64,000 bases of DNA from Lingula anatina (Eukaryota > Animalia > Brachiopoda). The stretch's first letter is position 1, and each line of letters starts with the position of its first letter. The notes under the pieces are model-generated. The model was not told where the DNA came from. It searched no databases and worked only from the letters and a program-made list of their open reading frames with translations. The position numbers and the translations under genes were made by a program. Below, one piece after another: positions 52,264 through 63,400 of this stretch. The stretch covers positions 12,458,587-12,522,586 of the forward strand of contig CM120648.1 in assembly GCA_051362555.1 (NCBI GenBank). The letters run 5' to 3'.

Positions 52264-55200
52264 GTTTTCTTCTATTTTGATGCAACATTACATAATGTTT
52301 AACAGCATCAATGTTTCATAATAAAATATTAGTATCATGGATATTCAGAAGATGTGTCTAGCAAAGGTCTTCAAGCCCGTGGAGCTTCTAAGTCACACCT
52401 TGAAAATGCCAATAAGTGAAAAATTAAATTTTCACAAAAAACTGTTTAATTGCCAGAAAAATTTACCAAACAGACTGCATTGCCTACTGAATATTTTAGT
52501 ACCATGTTTCTTTCCTGTAAGTTTGAGAACAGTGAGTGACATGATTTTCCTTAAATGGTCATCATGGGAGCAGTGCCCAAAATAGGGGTTTCTTCAAATT
52601 TTGATGCAATATTACATGATGTTTAACAGCATAATGACCATCAATTTTTAATAAAATATTAGTATCATGGATATTCAGAAAATGTGACTAGCAAAGGTCT
52701 TCAGGACCATGGAACTTCAAAGTCACATCTTAAAAATGCCAAAATGTAAACAAGACAGCACTTTTCTGAAATGGGTTTATTTCCATTTTTAACACTTTTT
52801 AACATAAAACAAAATTATCAGTTAACTGCCATTTTTATATGACCAACTAAGAAAATTAATGAGATGGGAAAATTATCAATAGAACAGTGTTAAATGTCCA
52901 ATTTTCTCCATTCTGAGATTCTGAACATAGTGGATGATTGAATCTGACAAACTGCAATGATATGTGTTTATTTCCATTTTTGACACTTCATTACACAATA
53001 CACAATAACAAATTTACCATCATTTTTACATAATCAACTGACAATGTTGTAAAGATGCAGAAAATGTCAAACAAACACTTTTACGTATCTTATAAGTTCA
53101 ATAATGAGACTATTAACATGCCTAAGAATTGAATCCGAGGAAATGTGAAAAAAAAGCATAACTTCTAAAATAATGGCCTGATTTTATGCTGATTTTCATA
53201 CTCAACCTATGTTTTAGTAAGATTGACCACTCCTCTGAGTACAATGACAATTGGCCTATCTGTTTTTCTTATATTGTGTTTTCAGTGTTGCATATATGCT
53301 GAAAAAAATGAAAAAACAGCATAACTTCCATAAAAGTGGCTCTTTCATGCTGATTTTCGAACTTGACCTGCATATTATAAATATTGATCAGTTCTGTAAG
53401 TTTCAAATCAAAAGGTAAAACCGTTTTCCACTGATCGTGTTTACGGTGTTGCATATATGCTGAAAAAAGTGAAAGAAAAGCATAACTTCCCTAAACGTGG
53501 CCCGATCATGCTGATTTTCGAACTTGACCTGAACATTATGAATATTCATCAGTTCTGTAAGTTTCAAGCCAAAACGTAAAACCGTTTTCCACTTATCGTG
53601 TTTACGGTAAAAGTGCACGGCAACGGCGACGACAGACGCAGGTGACGGCTATATGTACAGACGCATCTCTGTCTGTACATAATAAAAATTGGCATATTCT
53701 TTGCTCGGAATAAACAAAACAATTGCCTCTACCAAACATGTAAACAACCAACAACAAACCATCCCTTAAGTCAAAAGCAAGGAAGAAAAGTTCCTACTCC
53801 AAATAGTCCATTCCCTAATTATAAACCTCTCCAAACAAGATGTTAAATGTGTATTTTCATCTTGCAGACCAGATACATAGCAAATAAAGCGCTGAATATC
53901 ATAAGCACTATCTCAGACACTGTGCTGGCAAAGAAGGTGCCAGGAGAGGAACCCACTGTTATAGCCACCAAGACTTTGAGTGTCAAGGTGGGTGAGCTTT
54001 GCCAAGGACAAAATTGAACCCACGCGCTTGAAGAGTTTTAACTATAATGTTAAAACATGTAGTATGTCTTCACTATTGTGGTAAGGCTGTCAGTTTTGCC
54101 CTTGCCTTGGTTCAAAGTGTTACAGAATATGTATCTTTCAGTAATGATGCTCCAGTTTCATTAAAAGACCAGAGTAGAATGCTATTTTAAGCCATACTCA
54201 TGAAAATTTAAGAAATGTTCAGCATTTTTAAGTATAGAAATGATATGGTTAGACACAAATATTTACTTTATCATTTAATCAAAAGTTAATCATATTGACT
54301 ATTACCTAAAAAAAATTACCAATTTGTAAGTAATATGGTAGCAAAAATGTTTGTTGAAAAGAAATTAAACCCTTTTGTGCAACTTTCTTATCATTTGATA
54401 GAGAGCCCTAAAAATATTTCCCTATCAATTTTTATGTCAACTTTTATTAGTTTTGTACCATTCTTCTGTGATTCACTCATTTTTTAAACTCAACCTTGGC
54501 ATCAGATACTTAATGCCATGAGAAATTGTGTTTTAGTGTCAAAAATTGGACCTGGACACAATGAGTAGTTCCCACAGACTGCAAGTGCCCCAGCTCATTT
54601 CAGCAGAAGGGGGGAGTGATGAGACACCACCGTGTATGGTCGGCAGCTTTGCTTTACCTCCTGTTCAAAATATGCTTCGTGATGAACATAACAATATATC
54701 CAGTGCAGTTAATTTGCAGGTACTATAACTGTTTTTTTTTTTTTTTTTTTTTTTTTTTTTCTTTTTTTTTTTTTTAATTTGATTTTATTTACTTATAAAT
54801 TTATTTAACTGCTCATTACTCACATGCTTGCACAATCAGCAGGGTCATCCATTTGTCCTAAGCCCAGGGCTGGTAAAACTTTGATTAGACCAGTAGATTT
54901 TTCAGAACGTGTGAATTAAGTGGTCTGACATAGGCATAAGATTTTTTCAAAAGAGCTGCTGATTTGATTCAATTTTTTCAAAGTAACTGTTCTTAAAAAT
55001 ACATGACAAAAACAAGGTTTAATTATTTATAATATCACAGACTGATGGCACAGACTGTTACTGCTTTACTGAATACCAGTAAGTCACATACATCACTATA
55101 GTGTGTGTTTACATGTGTGTGTGTGTGTGTGTGTGGGGGGGGGGGTAATGAAAGATAGCCTCTTTGATGCTATTTTATTTTTTCATTTATTTAACAATGT

Positions 55201-58200
55201 ACATGTAAATGCTTTCAGAGAGCCCTCCTTACATATGATTCCCTGAACAGAGGCATATTTTAGTATCTTACAGTAAAATGGATGTTTATTTATTAATTTA
55301 TTTATCAGATGTTCTACATGCCGGAGAATCCATTTACCTGGGATGTTTCAGCTCAAGATGTCACCTCCAGCTGCTCTGGTATTAAAGTGATTATAGATGG
55401 CGCTAGGCACCAGCCTGTCTGGCTGCCAGAACCAATGGATATTTACATCCCTGTTGGAAGTAAGAAACTAAAAGATGTCGTGTAGACTAGTGACTTGTTG
55501 CTACAAAATATTCCATGAAAGGGATTTATTTTGTTTATACTTTTGATACTTTGTCCTCAAATTTGAGATTTACTTTCATATTCTCTCAATACACTTTATA
55601 CAAATATTTTCCATGTTACATGAATGTAAAAAAAAATTGGCATGCTGCTTGGTAATGGATTTTGAATTAACAAGTTTAAAACACGATTATAGAGATACTG
55701 CTATATGTAGCAAGCTGGCTTACGGCCTCAGTTGGGAACAAGTTTACATGAGATTTAAATAAAACCACAAAAAAGATTTGAAAAAAAACTTAATTCTTTT
55801 TCACAGAAGCTGACATGAACTGTGGTATCACCCTCCTCCAACTTGAAGGAGGGACTAACGGGACCATGGAGGACGTCATTTACTTTAAGTTTGATGCTGA
55901 GACCAACAAATCACATCAGATCACCATCTGGCCAGTAGACAATAATACCACCCTGCAAGTTTACCTGAAAGCCAATGCCAGGCCTAGCAAGGAAGAGGTA
56001 TGCTGCTTAGTCAGTGCATTTATGTGTAACCAAAAAAGAGTTATGCTACATTTTTAATATATTTTTTCACAGATATGCCCTTTCTGAAGTAAATTATGTG
56101 GTCAGTTATTGTTGATTTATAAGTATTGAATTGGTACTTGATTTTATTTCAAAAAGTATGCAGAAATTTAAAAGGATAACAACTGTTCATTTTGACCAAA
56201 AATTGAATATTCCTGTGGTAAATGACAATTTTCCCATATAAACAATAGTTAATGAACCCATCTCTACATTCAAAGTTAGTCCCTTTTTTTTCTAAAAGTT
56301 TTTTTTTTTGTTATTAAGAGATTATTACAGAGTATAGCTATCTATGGAGGTCGCAAGGCACAGATTTCAGAATAATTTCTACAACTGCCGTTTTTGTGGT
56401 AAAATAAAATATATTATATTTCTTTGAGTTGTGTATTTATTGTGAAATGTAGATTTCAAATGTAGAGTTATCCCTTTAATTACTCCAAAAGCATAATGCA
56501 AAATGTAATGAATCAGTGAGTGATTAATTAATATGATCAGTTACAATTAAATTATCTGAGTACTCATTTAATTTTTTCCTAATTGATTCCCTAGATCTTA
56601 AACAGTACTACACTTATACCTGTTCCCGAGGAGATGCGTTATCATCATGGCAACCAAAGTGCCAGTGGCTATGTTCTGTTTGTCCCAGAAAATGAAACCA
56701 CTAAGGCAGACACTGTATATTACATTGGGATCACTTTATTAAATACCAGTGATTTTGGAGACAGTGAGTATGGACATAACAGTGATTTAAAAAAAAATTG
56801 ATTATTTTGATTCTTGTGGACTTTTACTAATTCTTAATCTTTAAGTTCATTTAAAATATATACTGTATTTAATTATATATTTTATTGTATATTAAGTTAT
56901 TTATGTAATGGAATTTATTTTAAGTCAATTTTACATTTGGTCAAGTACAAATAAATTCATATAACTACAGGGCATTTTTTTATGGTACTGTAATTTATTA
57001 GGGATTTTAACACAAATATATTCCAATAAAACAAGATTACTCTTCAACGTTTTAGCTGATATCTTAGGGACCATTCCCACAGATATTTGGATCGATCTGT
57101 CTCCTGGAAAGTCACTTAATTGCTATCAACTTAAACTGCTTAAATATCTGTCACACCTAGTAAAGCTGTTAAGGGGTAATTATCTATACCCCTGAGCTGA
57201 TTTGGTATTGGTACTATACTCCATCACTGTCTGTGATGGATGACAGCTTATTGGGGATACTGTGCTCACTGTGCTCCATCACTCTCTCTCTCTCTCTTTA
57301 CACTGTAATATATTTTTGATTACATTCAGTCATTTTAATTTGATGACTTTTTCCTCATCTCCCTTTACTGTGCCCCCTTTCTGATAATAAGCAATTGTTT
57401 CTATGTTACAATACAACAGGACACCTAGATGTTAATGAGAATGTCCAACTTCTGGTCACAGTCCATTCCAGTGCCTGTCTGTTCTGGGATGAGCAGAAAG
57501 AAATCTGGAGTAGTGAAGGTTGCAAGGTAGTCAGCTTTTTTGTTTAGATATATATGAATTGATGGAATAATAAATAGATAAATAAATATGAAAACACCAG
57601 GGATTTCACCTAATACTCTTCCCAATTTTTGCTACTAAGTCTCTTATAGAAGATGTCTTCTCCAAACACAATCCAACAATATCTCACCTAACACATTTCC
57701 CACTTTCTGTATCCAGGTTTCTCCCCTCAGCACAGCTGTTACTTTACACTGTATCTGTCATCACATGACTGTGTTTTCTGGCAGTTTCTTTATTCTGCCT
57801 AATGCTATTGACATTGTGGCAGACTCTGCTCTGTTCTTGACTTTACTGGAGAACCCACTGGTGGTGAGCATTGTGCTGTGTGTATGGGGCATCTACCTGG
57901 CAATTGTTATCTGGGCACGCAAGAAGGACAGGGAAGACCTTCTTAAGGTGAATGATCCTCTGATTTTGATATACAAAATTGCTTGGGGATTGTGAGGGGA
58001 TTTTATTTCAGTTTACCATGCCTTTAATGGGTCTCAGGAGAGTCCCTATTTGATTCCTTCTTGGCTGTGTAATATGTAGTTCAAAAAGTGAATGCACTCC
58101 ACCCTACCCCGATGCAGTAGAAAAACAGCTGATGTTGAATATACTTATTTTGGTGTTTATGCAACCAAATAAAATTTAATATTGAGCATTATCTATATCA

Positions 58201-60205
58201 GTAATCAAAAAATTAAAGCAAAGCTTCCAGTTGCTCACATTTTGACGCTTTCAAATATTTTCAAATAGATTAAGAAAATAGACCCAGCACAGGGGTGGAT
58301 CCAGAGATATTTTCTGACAATCTTTCAAATTATCTTTGTTGATCCATCCTCCATTTTTGACCGTCTTCTGACAGAAAAAATAAGATACCTGTCAATGTTA
58401 ACTTAAAAATGTGACCGTCTTCCAGAAGACCCAGAAGACGGCCTAAATCTGCCCCTGCAGCATTCTGCACACTACAATTTTAGCTTAATTCCATTTCAAG
58501 CCTTTTGGCTTCACTGTTGCTAATGACATTAATAGTAACAATTCTTTTCATGTCTCCAGGCTGGAGTGACAGTGTTAGAAGACAATGATCCAGAGAATAA
58601 GTATGGCTACCTTGTGACAGTTATCACTGGCTGGAGGACAGGGGCAGGGACCACAGCTAATGTGGGCTGTTTTATTAAAGGTGAATTTGAAGGCTGCACT
58701 AGAAAAAAAAGTGGTGAAAATGAATTACAAACCAATTCAAACTCTAATTTTACAGTAACAAACTTGTCGCTTGTTTTCAATTTTTATTTTCCATTTCAAA
58801 GGTGAAAATGGTGAAAGTGACCGTCATGTTCTGAGTGACCCCAGGCGTCCAGTATTTGAGAGTGGTGGCGTGGACAGTTTCCTACTGACCAGTGCCCAGT
58901 GCCTGGGTGACCTCCTCTCTATCACCATCTGGCACGACAACTCTGGAGCTGCCCCTGCCTGGTTTCTGGAGAAGTTGATGGTAAGAGACTTGCAGAGAAA
59001 TGAGGTGTTTGAGTTCCTATGTAACCGCTGGCTTGCTCTGGACCTGGATGACTTCTGCATCCAGCGCACATTGTGCCCTGCCTCAGTGGAGGAGATGAAG
59101 GAGTTCTCGTACCTGTTCTCCAGTAACAGTGGCTTCAGCATGAGGGAGAAACATCTGTGGGTCAGTGTGTTCTCTTGTCCACCAAACTGTCCCTTCACAA
59201 GGACCCAGAGACTGACCTGTGCTCTGACTCTTCTACTGACCACCATGCTGACCAATATCATGTTTTATGGCATCCCAACTGATGACCCAGAAGATCAGTA
59301 CCAAGTAAGATTATTTGATTTATCTTTTTACCCAGCATATATTATTTATTTATTTATTTATTTTAGGTGGTTTGTTTGTTTGTTTATATATTGTACCGAA
59401 AAAAAAAAATTCTTTCGTTGTTGCAGCTGCTTTAGAAAATGTTTGCTTAAAATGTTTGATTGGTAGTGACATTGTATTAAGTTTGATATTTATTGTAAAG
59501 ACATTTATTATTGGTTTAGGTAATTTCATTTCTTCCATCCAGAACATGATTTTAAGAATTTATATAAAGGAAATTCAATTCCAGGTGGCAGATTTCCAGT
59601 TTTCTCTATCTGACATAATAATTGGTATTGAGAGTGGGCTGCTGATGTTCCCAGTGAACCTGGTCATAGTGCAGCTATTCAGAATGTGTGCTCCAAGACC
59701 TGTTAGTACACATAAGGAAGATGTCATGCCCAGAACTTCCATGGATCAAAGAGATTCGGCTCAGATGTCAGTGCTAGGAGCAGATGTTAACCATTCACGG
59801 AGCAGAAATAGCAATAGGGTCTCAGGGAATTTGATTGGTGATGGTGATGTAGATAAAGTACCAAATGCAACCTCTAACAGTGCAAATAAAAGTAGTTTAA
59901 ATACTGATGACCAGGCTGTTACAGATAGAAACATTGCACTCTTTATTGAAAATGAAAGTGAGAACAATTCCTGGCCTTACACTTTGGGTGTGGCCGTCCT
60001 TGCTGGAGGAGAAGTGACGGGTCAGGTGTCCACTGACCAGTCTCTGGACATGGGTGGACATGTTACCAGGGGTAAGAAAGAAAGCCAGACTGTGGAGAAC
60101 AGCACTGGTGGATCAGGTGCTGGTGTCAGGCCATCTGACCTTAATCTCACCCTTGACCTTGACCTACTTCATGGAGAAAGCCATGACATGCCATTGATAC
60201 ATATG
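13744..60205 (+). CDS. Polycystin-1-like (PKD1L/REJ family) receptor gene, partial; 22 exons reconstructed
   Basis: All exons GT-AG and phase-compatible; 4264 nt total, no stop. REJ, GPS (CLFWDEQKEIWSSEGC..CICHHMT), TM1, PLAT and TM2-3 in PKD1-family order. Confidence 0.92.
14280..19149. mobile_element. Non-autonomous DNA transposon with long TIRs (Academ-like, tentative)
   Basis: TAGTCCGG...CCGGACTA termini; several hundred bp of inverted homology with AATCCAAGATGGCCGCC subterminal repeats. Confidence 0.75.
14940..17140. mobile_element. Nested Kolobok-like TIR element
   Basis: TIR GGAC..CCTCTCATATT; flanks TTAA / CTAA. Confidence 0.6.
19391..19570 (+). CDS. PKD1-like exon: Sushi/CCP domain (phase 1-1)
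   Basis: CEFPSTPPN...GDVINYTCQTGYTLISGDLTRTCLTGGIWSSSPPVC; TTTTAG acceptor, GTAAGA donor. Confidence 0.88.
20066..20214 (+). repeat. Left copy of 149-bp direct repeat flanking the LINE (right copy 23211-23359)
   Basis: GTTTCACCATCCTGGAACC...GGGTTTGTTCTWTGATTT; about 5 mismatches between copies. Confidence 0.92.
20215..23210 (+). mobile_element. 5'-truncated L1/Tx1-type LINE (RT C-terminal part, CCHC finger, 3' UTR, A-tail), decayed
   Basis: FILCLEI..SYAEDTT, SGLRANLEK, FIWNGKRDKIKR, QFRINHRI, CEFC..ETILHAFWDC, AATAAAAAAAA at end. Confidence 0.9.
21873..22864. mobile_element. TA-flanked MITE inserted in LINE ORF2 3' end
   Basis: ~36-bp TIR AGGCCACACTTTTTTATTTTTATGGAT..ACATCCT; TA on both sides. 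Confidence 0.85.
23461..23797. mobile_element. TTAA-flanked MITE, copy 2
   Basis: AGGGATAATAACTCTTCG TIR, TTAA TSD; inverted relative to the 6936 copy. Confidence 0.8.
24249..28090 (-). pseudogene. LINE ORF2: APE endonuclease, RT, CCHC finger
   Basis: SVNCRGL..CLQDTH..SRGVAIL..NLYGPN..GDFN; KSPGTDG, RPISLLN, GCRQGDPISP, QYADD; CSFC..ETLQHLFIEC; several frameshifts. Confidence 0.92.
28841..29789 (-). pseudogene. LINE ORF1 (coiled coil + RRM-type RNA-binding region)
   Basis: ATG 29789; coiled-coil stretch; NEQYSRKTNIRV, IHRIPG..PVIVKL, FDDIT..N, SAWFFNCNIF; frameshifted. Confidence 0.8.
29904..31070. mobile_element. PIF/Harbinger-type MITE inserted in LINE 5'UTR
   Basis: TIR CCCCTTTACACTGGACGGTGTCCTTTCTGCGTCC; TAA TSD (29901-29903 / 31071-31073); internal GGACGCACAAGCATCGCC repeats. 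Confidence 0.85.
31894..34450 (+). mobile_element. Helentron-associated (HINE/DINE-1-like) cluster with ~161-bp tandem core
   Basis: Three heads TTTT(A)TGTACAGACACAGATGTGTCTGTACA + (CGTCGC)n at ~31894, 32450 and 32832, followed by 161-162-bp monomers. Confidence 0.75.
34451..38990 (+). repeat. Patchwork of a diverged AT-rich interspersed repeat family, continuous with the HINE
   Basis: Recurrent blocks (AAACCCTATTTTGGGCACTGC; GTACATTTGACAGCTTTGCTGCC) also at 51450-53200 (-) and 60600-64000 (+). Confidence 0.7.
39179..39358 (+). CDS. PKD1-like exon: thrombospondin type-1 repeat (phase 1-1)
   Basis: GSWLAWGAWSSCSVICGTGTYSRNRTC...C.G...QTLSCFEQHCP. Confidence 0.9.
39325..39912 (+). repeat. 12 x 50-bp tandem array spanning the TSP1-exon splice donor
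   Basis: Unit = last 34 nt of exon + GTAATTATATTCCACA; GT at 39359, 39409 ... 39909. Confidence 0.95.
40236..40362 (+). CDS. PKD1-like exon: EGF-like Cys cluster + linker (phase 1-2)
   Basis: DCSTMNCLGACIVRDQHSYCLCPDS...; exactly bridges the phase gap between the TSP1 and REJ exons. Confidence 0.75.
40632..40908 (+). repeat. 4 x 74-bp tandem array spanning a splice acceptor
   Basis: CTCTAG acceptors ending 40640, 40714, 40788 and 40862, each followed by the first 46 nt of the exon. Confidence 0.95.
40863..41089 (+). CDS. PKD1-like exon: REJ module (phase 2-1)
   Basis: CTGQCKLSDPGAKVSLEAVCYHC..YLWDL..LDWSQDTTT..LSVKPGVLVPGELY. Confidence 0.88.
41365..43560 (+). repeat. ~37 x 56(-62)-bp tandem array spanning a splice acceptor
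   Basis: Unit CATGTGTGTCTGTAG|GTACAAGTCAGTCTGCTGGTACAGTGCTGTCTACATCATGT; last unit runs into unique exon sequence. Confidence 0.95.
43520..43735 (+). CDS. PKD1-like exon: REJ module (phase 1-1)
   Basis: PSPGICTVSPSTGFEIVTNFSVNCSGFSD..LHYNY; an alternative in-frame acceptor at 43543 is possible. Confidence 0.85.
44061..44206 (+). CDS. PKD1-like exon: end of REJ (phase 1-0)
   Basis: TTTCCCTCAG acceptor, GTATGT donor; EVRVHAVNEDGMRTVVTSTIQ. Confidence 0.85.
44645..44765 (+). CDS. PKD1-like exon (phase 0-1)
   Basis: VRPLGDHPD...AVREGDYT; weak donor GTTCTC but phase fits the next exon. Confidence 0.75.
44885..45273 (+). repeat. 4 imperfect ~91-bp tandem copies spanning a splice acceptor
   Basis: TAG|CTGTYCTACAGCT at 44934, 45060, 45153 and 45244. 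Confidence 0.9.
45245..45327 (+). CDS. PKD1-like exon (phase 1-0)
   Basis: AVLQLVDAVSSFLNS...EQ; GTAAAT donor. Confidence 0.82.
45686..45811 (+). CDS. PKD1-like exon: helical GAIN-A region (phase 0-0)
   Basis: IRSDMMEAVGNLTIDSLSTAQQAAETLTKLTEHTTEITAHSQ. Confidence 0.85.
46226..46317 (+). CDS. PKD1-like exon (phase 0-2)
   Basis: TTTTCAG acceptor, GTAAGC donor; TSGMDTVERLSLVL..EVEDTA. Confidence 0.8.
46387..46862. mobile_element. Harbinger-like MITE
   Basis: GGCCCC..TTTCACA / TGTGAAACGGGGGCC termini. Confidence 0.55.
47033..50299. mobile_element. TA-flanked MITE with GCAAATTTGC repeats, split by a LINE
   Basis: TIR CCCTTRGCAAAATA; TA on both sides. Confidence 0.8.
47378..50226 (+). mobile_element. 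5'-truncated L1/Tx1-type LINE with 12-bp TSD
   Basis: GEKPTKYF, NWRPI, DFEKAFD, GCRQGDPLSP, CSLC..TEHLFWNC, AATAAA-polyA; TSD AAACTTTTAATT (47366-47377 / 50227-50238). Confidence 0.93.
50452..50557 (+). CDS. PKD1-like exon (phase 2-0)
   Basis: MILQSTSNLLNAS...VQK; GTGAGA donor. Confidence 0.82.
51103..51405 (+). repeat. 21-bp minisatellite (AACCAAACAACCAGCAACATC)n, about 14 copies
   Basis: Direct reading of the sequence. Confidence 0.9.
51450..53688 (-). mobile_element. Inverted copy of the HINE and its associated repeat blocks
   Basis: Reverse complement of the head at ~53620-53688, cores, and blocks matching 33550-34100 and 38090-38940. Confidence 0.8.
53868..53987 (+). CDS. PKD1-like exon (phase 0-0)
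   Basis: TRYIANKALNIISTISDTVLAKKVPGEEPTVIATKTLSVK. Confidence 0.85.
54537..54719 (+). CDS. PKD1-like exon: GAIN-B (phase 0-0)
   Basis: CQKLDL...GSFALPP...AVNLQ. Confidence 0.8.
55309..55459 (+). CDS. PKD1-like exon: GAIN-B (phase 0-1)
   Basis: ENPFTWDVSAQDVTS...LPEPMDIYIP. Confidence 0.88.
55807..55997 (+). CDS. PKD1-like exon (phase 1-0)
   Basis: ITIWPVDNNTTLQVYLKANARPSKEE; GTATGC donor. Confidence 0.85.
56172..56475. mobile_element. TTAA-flanked MITE, copy 3 (diverged)
   Basis: Homologous to 23461-23797. Confidence 0.7.
56595..56763 (+). CDS. PKD1-like exon (phase 0-1)
   Basis: YVLFVP...VYYIGI; GTGAGT donor. Confidence 0.82.
57420..57526 (+). CDS. PKD1-like exon: GPS first half (phase 1-0)
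   Basis: SSACLFWDEQKEIWSSEGCK. Confidence 0.9.
57717..57947 (+). CDS. PKD1-like exon: GPS cleavage site + TM1 (phase 0-0)
   Basis: VSPLST..HCICHHM/TVFSGSFFILPNAID..ENPLVVSIVLCVWGIYLAIVIWARKKD. Confidence 0.93.
58560..58680 (+). CDS. PKD1-like exon: PLAT/LH2 start (phase 0-1)
   Basis: LEDNDP..YGYLVTVITGWRTGAGTTANV. Confidence 0.93.
58802..59304 (+). CDS. PKD1-like exon: PLAT/LH2 + TM2 (phase 1-0)
   Basis: FESGGVDSFLL..LGDL..IWHDNSG..PAWFL..CNRWLA..HLWVSVF..FTRTQRLTC..NIMFY. Confidence 0.95.
59585..60205 (+). CDS. PKD1-like exon: TM3 + long cytoplasmic loop (phase 0-0)
   Basis: IIIGIESGLLMFPVNLVIVQLFR then low-complexity loop; donor GTAGGT at 60206 (end less certain). Confidence 0.85.
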
Positions 60206-60409
60206 GTAGGTGCAATGCTCAGAGTGAAAGAAAATTTTCGAAAGTTGCAGAATTTTTCATGAAATTTCAAAAAAGGGGGATGTCTTAGGGTTTTTTCCCT
60301 CCTGTCACTTCCATCTGTTTCACGTCTCCTACTTATTTTGTCATATAATATAGGTAATTTGAAGTGCTGTAAGTTAGTATACTTAGTCTATATAGAACAT
60401 GATTAAACA

Positions 60410-63400
60410 TTTTTATGTACAGACACAGATGTGTCTGTACATATAGTTGTCACCTGCATTTGTCGTCGCGACAGTCGTTGGCGCTGGGAACTTTCACCGA
60501 TAACATGATAAGTGGAAAACTATATTTTACCTCTTGGCTTGAAACTTACAGAACTGAGGAATATTTATAATTCACAGGTCAAGTTTGAAAATCAGCTTGA
60601 TTGGACTATTTTTACAAAAGTTATACCTTTTTTTTCTGCTTGTATATAAGTGTTTTTTCTTCAGATTTAATTATTAGGCACGTTATCAGTCTCATTATAT
60701 AACTAATTAGATTTTTAAAGGTGTTGTTTTGACATTTTCTGCTTCTTAACAATATTGTTAGTTGATTATATAAAAATGACGGTAAACCTGTTACCGTGTA
60801 TTGTGTAAAAAAGTGTCAAAAATGGAAATGAACTATCATTGCAGTCAGATTCAATCATTCACTAAGTTAAAGTCATACTAACTCTTGGATTTTCCTGGAG
60901 TAAACAGCAATTTTTCTGTACTTACCAATGGTCAATGACCCCATTCCTGTATTCAACGTTAGTCCAGGGTTTTTCCCTAAACGTTTGGTTTTTTGTTAAA
61001 ATCTCTTAAGAGATTTTAACTGACGGAGCCCTCTCTGACATTGCATAGTCACATGATATCGAGTGATATTTTTCTGGTGACCTACTTAAAACTGCGGGAA
61101 AAGCAGACAACAACAACACTATATAACAATAATATAAGATTCATCAGATAAATTCGTCTCATTGCTCAAAATGCATTTATATCTACAATGTGTGCAGTTC
61201 TGGGCTTTTCGTTATCCGACGCACTGTACAAAAACTCGCAACTTACATCTGCGGATTGCATCATGTGTATGGCGCCAAATGTTATTTTAGTCTCGAATGA
61301 ATGCGAGAATCCGCGTGACACCCCAACATCATTGGCAATGGATGCCTTGACCACTGGGAAGAAAGGCATCAAAAGCCCTATTGACAAGCACAGATTTTAG
61401 TTTTACTACAATAACAGCCATTTTAGTGGTAAAATGCAATAGAATATATTTCCATGCATTGTTTACAGTGTATTTCTTGCGGAATTTTGAATCTAAAATG
61501 TATTATTTTACTATTAAAAAATTGATGGTCATTGTGCTGTTAATCAATGTGTAATATTGCATCAAAATTGAAGAAAACCCTATTTTGGGCACTGCCTCCA
61601 TAGTGACTGTTAAAGGAAAACCATGTCACTTTTTCTCTCTCACACTTACAGGATATAAACATAGGACTGAAATACAGCTTCAGTTGGAAAATTTGTCTTA
61701 TTAGTTAATTTTCTGGAAGTTGGGGTAATTCTTCGATCTTTATGATGATGCGATCTTTGATGATTTAGAACTTTTGCACTTTTCTAATTTCAAAAAATTT
61801 GATAGCAAGTATGGGTTGACTTGCTAAGAAGATTGTTAAAAAATGGGATGCCGGTGCAACTGTAGCAGTCGGCAATAAGAATCTTCACGCTTATATCGTG
61901 AATTAGATGTTATTGAGAGTCGTGCAAATATGTGTACATGAACAAAAGCTACCTCTTCTGATGTGTGCGGGATTTGTGAAAGCTAATTAATTAACTACCC
62001 AATTAAGTGGTGAGTGCGTGTCACGTAATTAGCGTCCTTCTTGTAAGGACATCTTGCGACTCGGAAGGCAGACTTGCGCCTTTCCATTGCAACCTTTCCT
62101 CTACCTCTACGAACTCCAAAGCCTCCGCTGTACCCATAATTTGTAGGGGACGTACGGTCCTAAAATTACGGTCTTAAATTACGCTCGCCACGGTGCTGTA
62201 TGATGAAATCGTATATGATTTGTGATTTCTTGACATCGAGAATGTTTACGGACTACGGCAAGTACATGCATGTGTCATGTTCTTTCTCTGACATGACGGT
62301 AAGGTAGCGAAAATGTGGTTTGTCAGTTTAAAATTGTTCATACGGAGCCCCCTCAGCACAGTTGTGTGGCCTCCTTAAAGTTCGAGACGTGTTTGGGAAG
62401 CCCCCTACATTTTTGCACTCACATGGTCAACAAACAGAAACATAATATAAAAACCATACATGTGAATTTGTAAAAATCAGATGTAAAAATCTTCACTATT
62501 GTTATGCCACACGAAAAGGGATATACGGGTATTATGCGCGCACCGCACAGACATCGCTTGGTAAGTGTAACAACACATACAAGAAACTTGGATTTTGATT
62601 CGCTATTTTCGATGCAACGGGTCACTGGACGATGTCGCATTTTGATATAATTGATGAAAATGGAATATCCATCGGGACAATTATTTTTTTCCCCATCGAA
62701 AAGATCGAAGAATTACCATATACAGTTTTTGTGAAATTTTGATTTTTCACTTAACGACATTTTCAATGTGTGACTTTGAACTTCCTTTGGCTTGAAGGCC
62801 TTTCAAGTCACAATTTCTGAAAATCCATTATACTTTTATATTACCATTAAAAATTGATTATCATTTTACTGTTAAGTTTTATGTGATATTGCATCAAAAT
62901 TGAAGAAAACCCTATTTTGGGCACTGCTTTTACTTTTATTGGTATTACCTGTTGTGCATAATTGAACTTTGATGTTGACTGTGCAGTTAAGCATAATGAA
63001 TTATTGCATCAGAATTGACAGTCTCCTATTTTGTGCATTATTATTTTCTGCTTTTTTATTTAAGGTGTGACTTGTGGACCTGAAGACCTTTGCTAGTCAC
63101 ATTTTGGTGGTCAGTCTGTAATTTTTCCCTTGGGTAATCACTAGCTAAGTTCAGAGGTATAGAGTCACTTGCCTGATTAAATTAAAGTGGCCATTAAATG
63201 AGATTACATAAAACACACTTGTTGATGTTTCCCTGTAAACTCCCATAGGTTAAGCTCTCTGCCAGATAACAGTGATAGGAAGCAGTGATAATTATGCAGG
63301 TAAATGTTGTTTAATATTGCATATAATTTTTCAAAAAAATATTATTTTGTGTAATGCCAACATTAATGCTATATCATGTTAATACAGCAGGATTAAAAGC

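Noticed and set aside
58677-58806. AAAG|GTGAA direct repeat at both ends of a 121-bp intron (recent intron gain?)
   Set aside because: Most of the match is explained by splice consensus; no ortholog data
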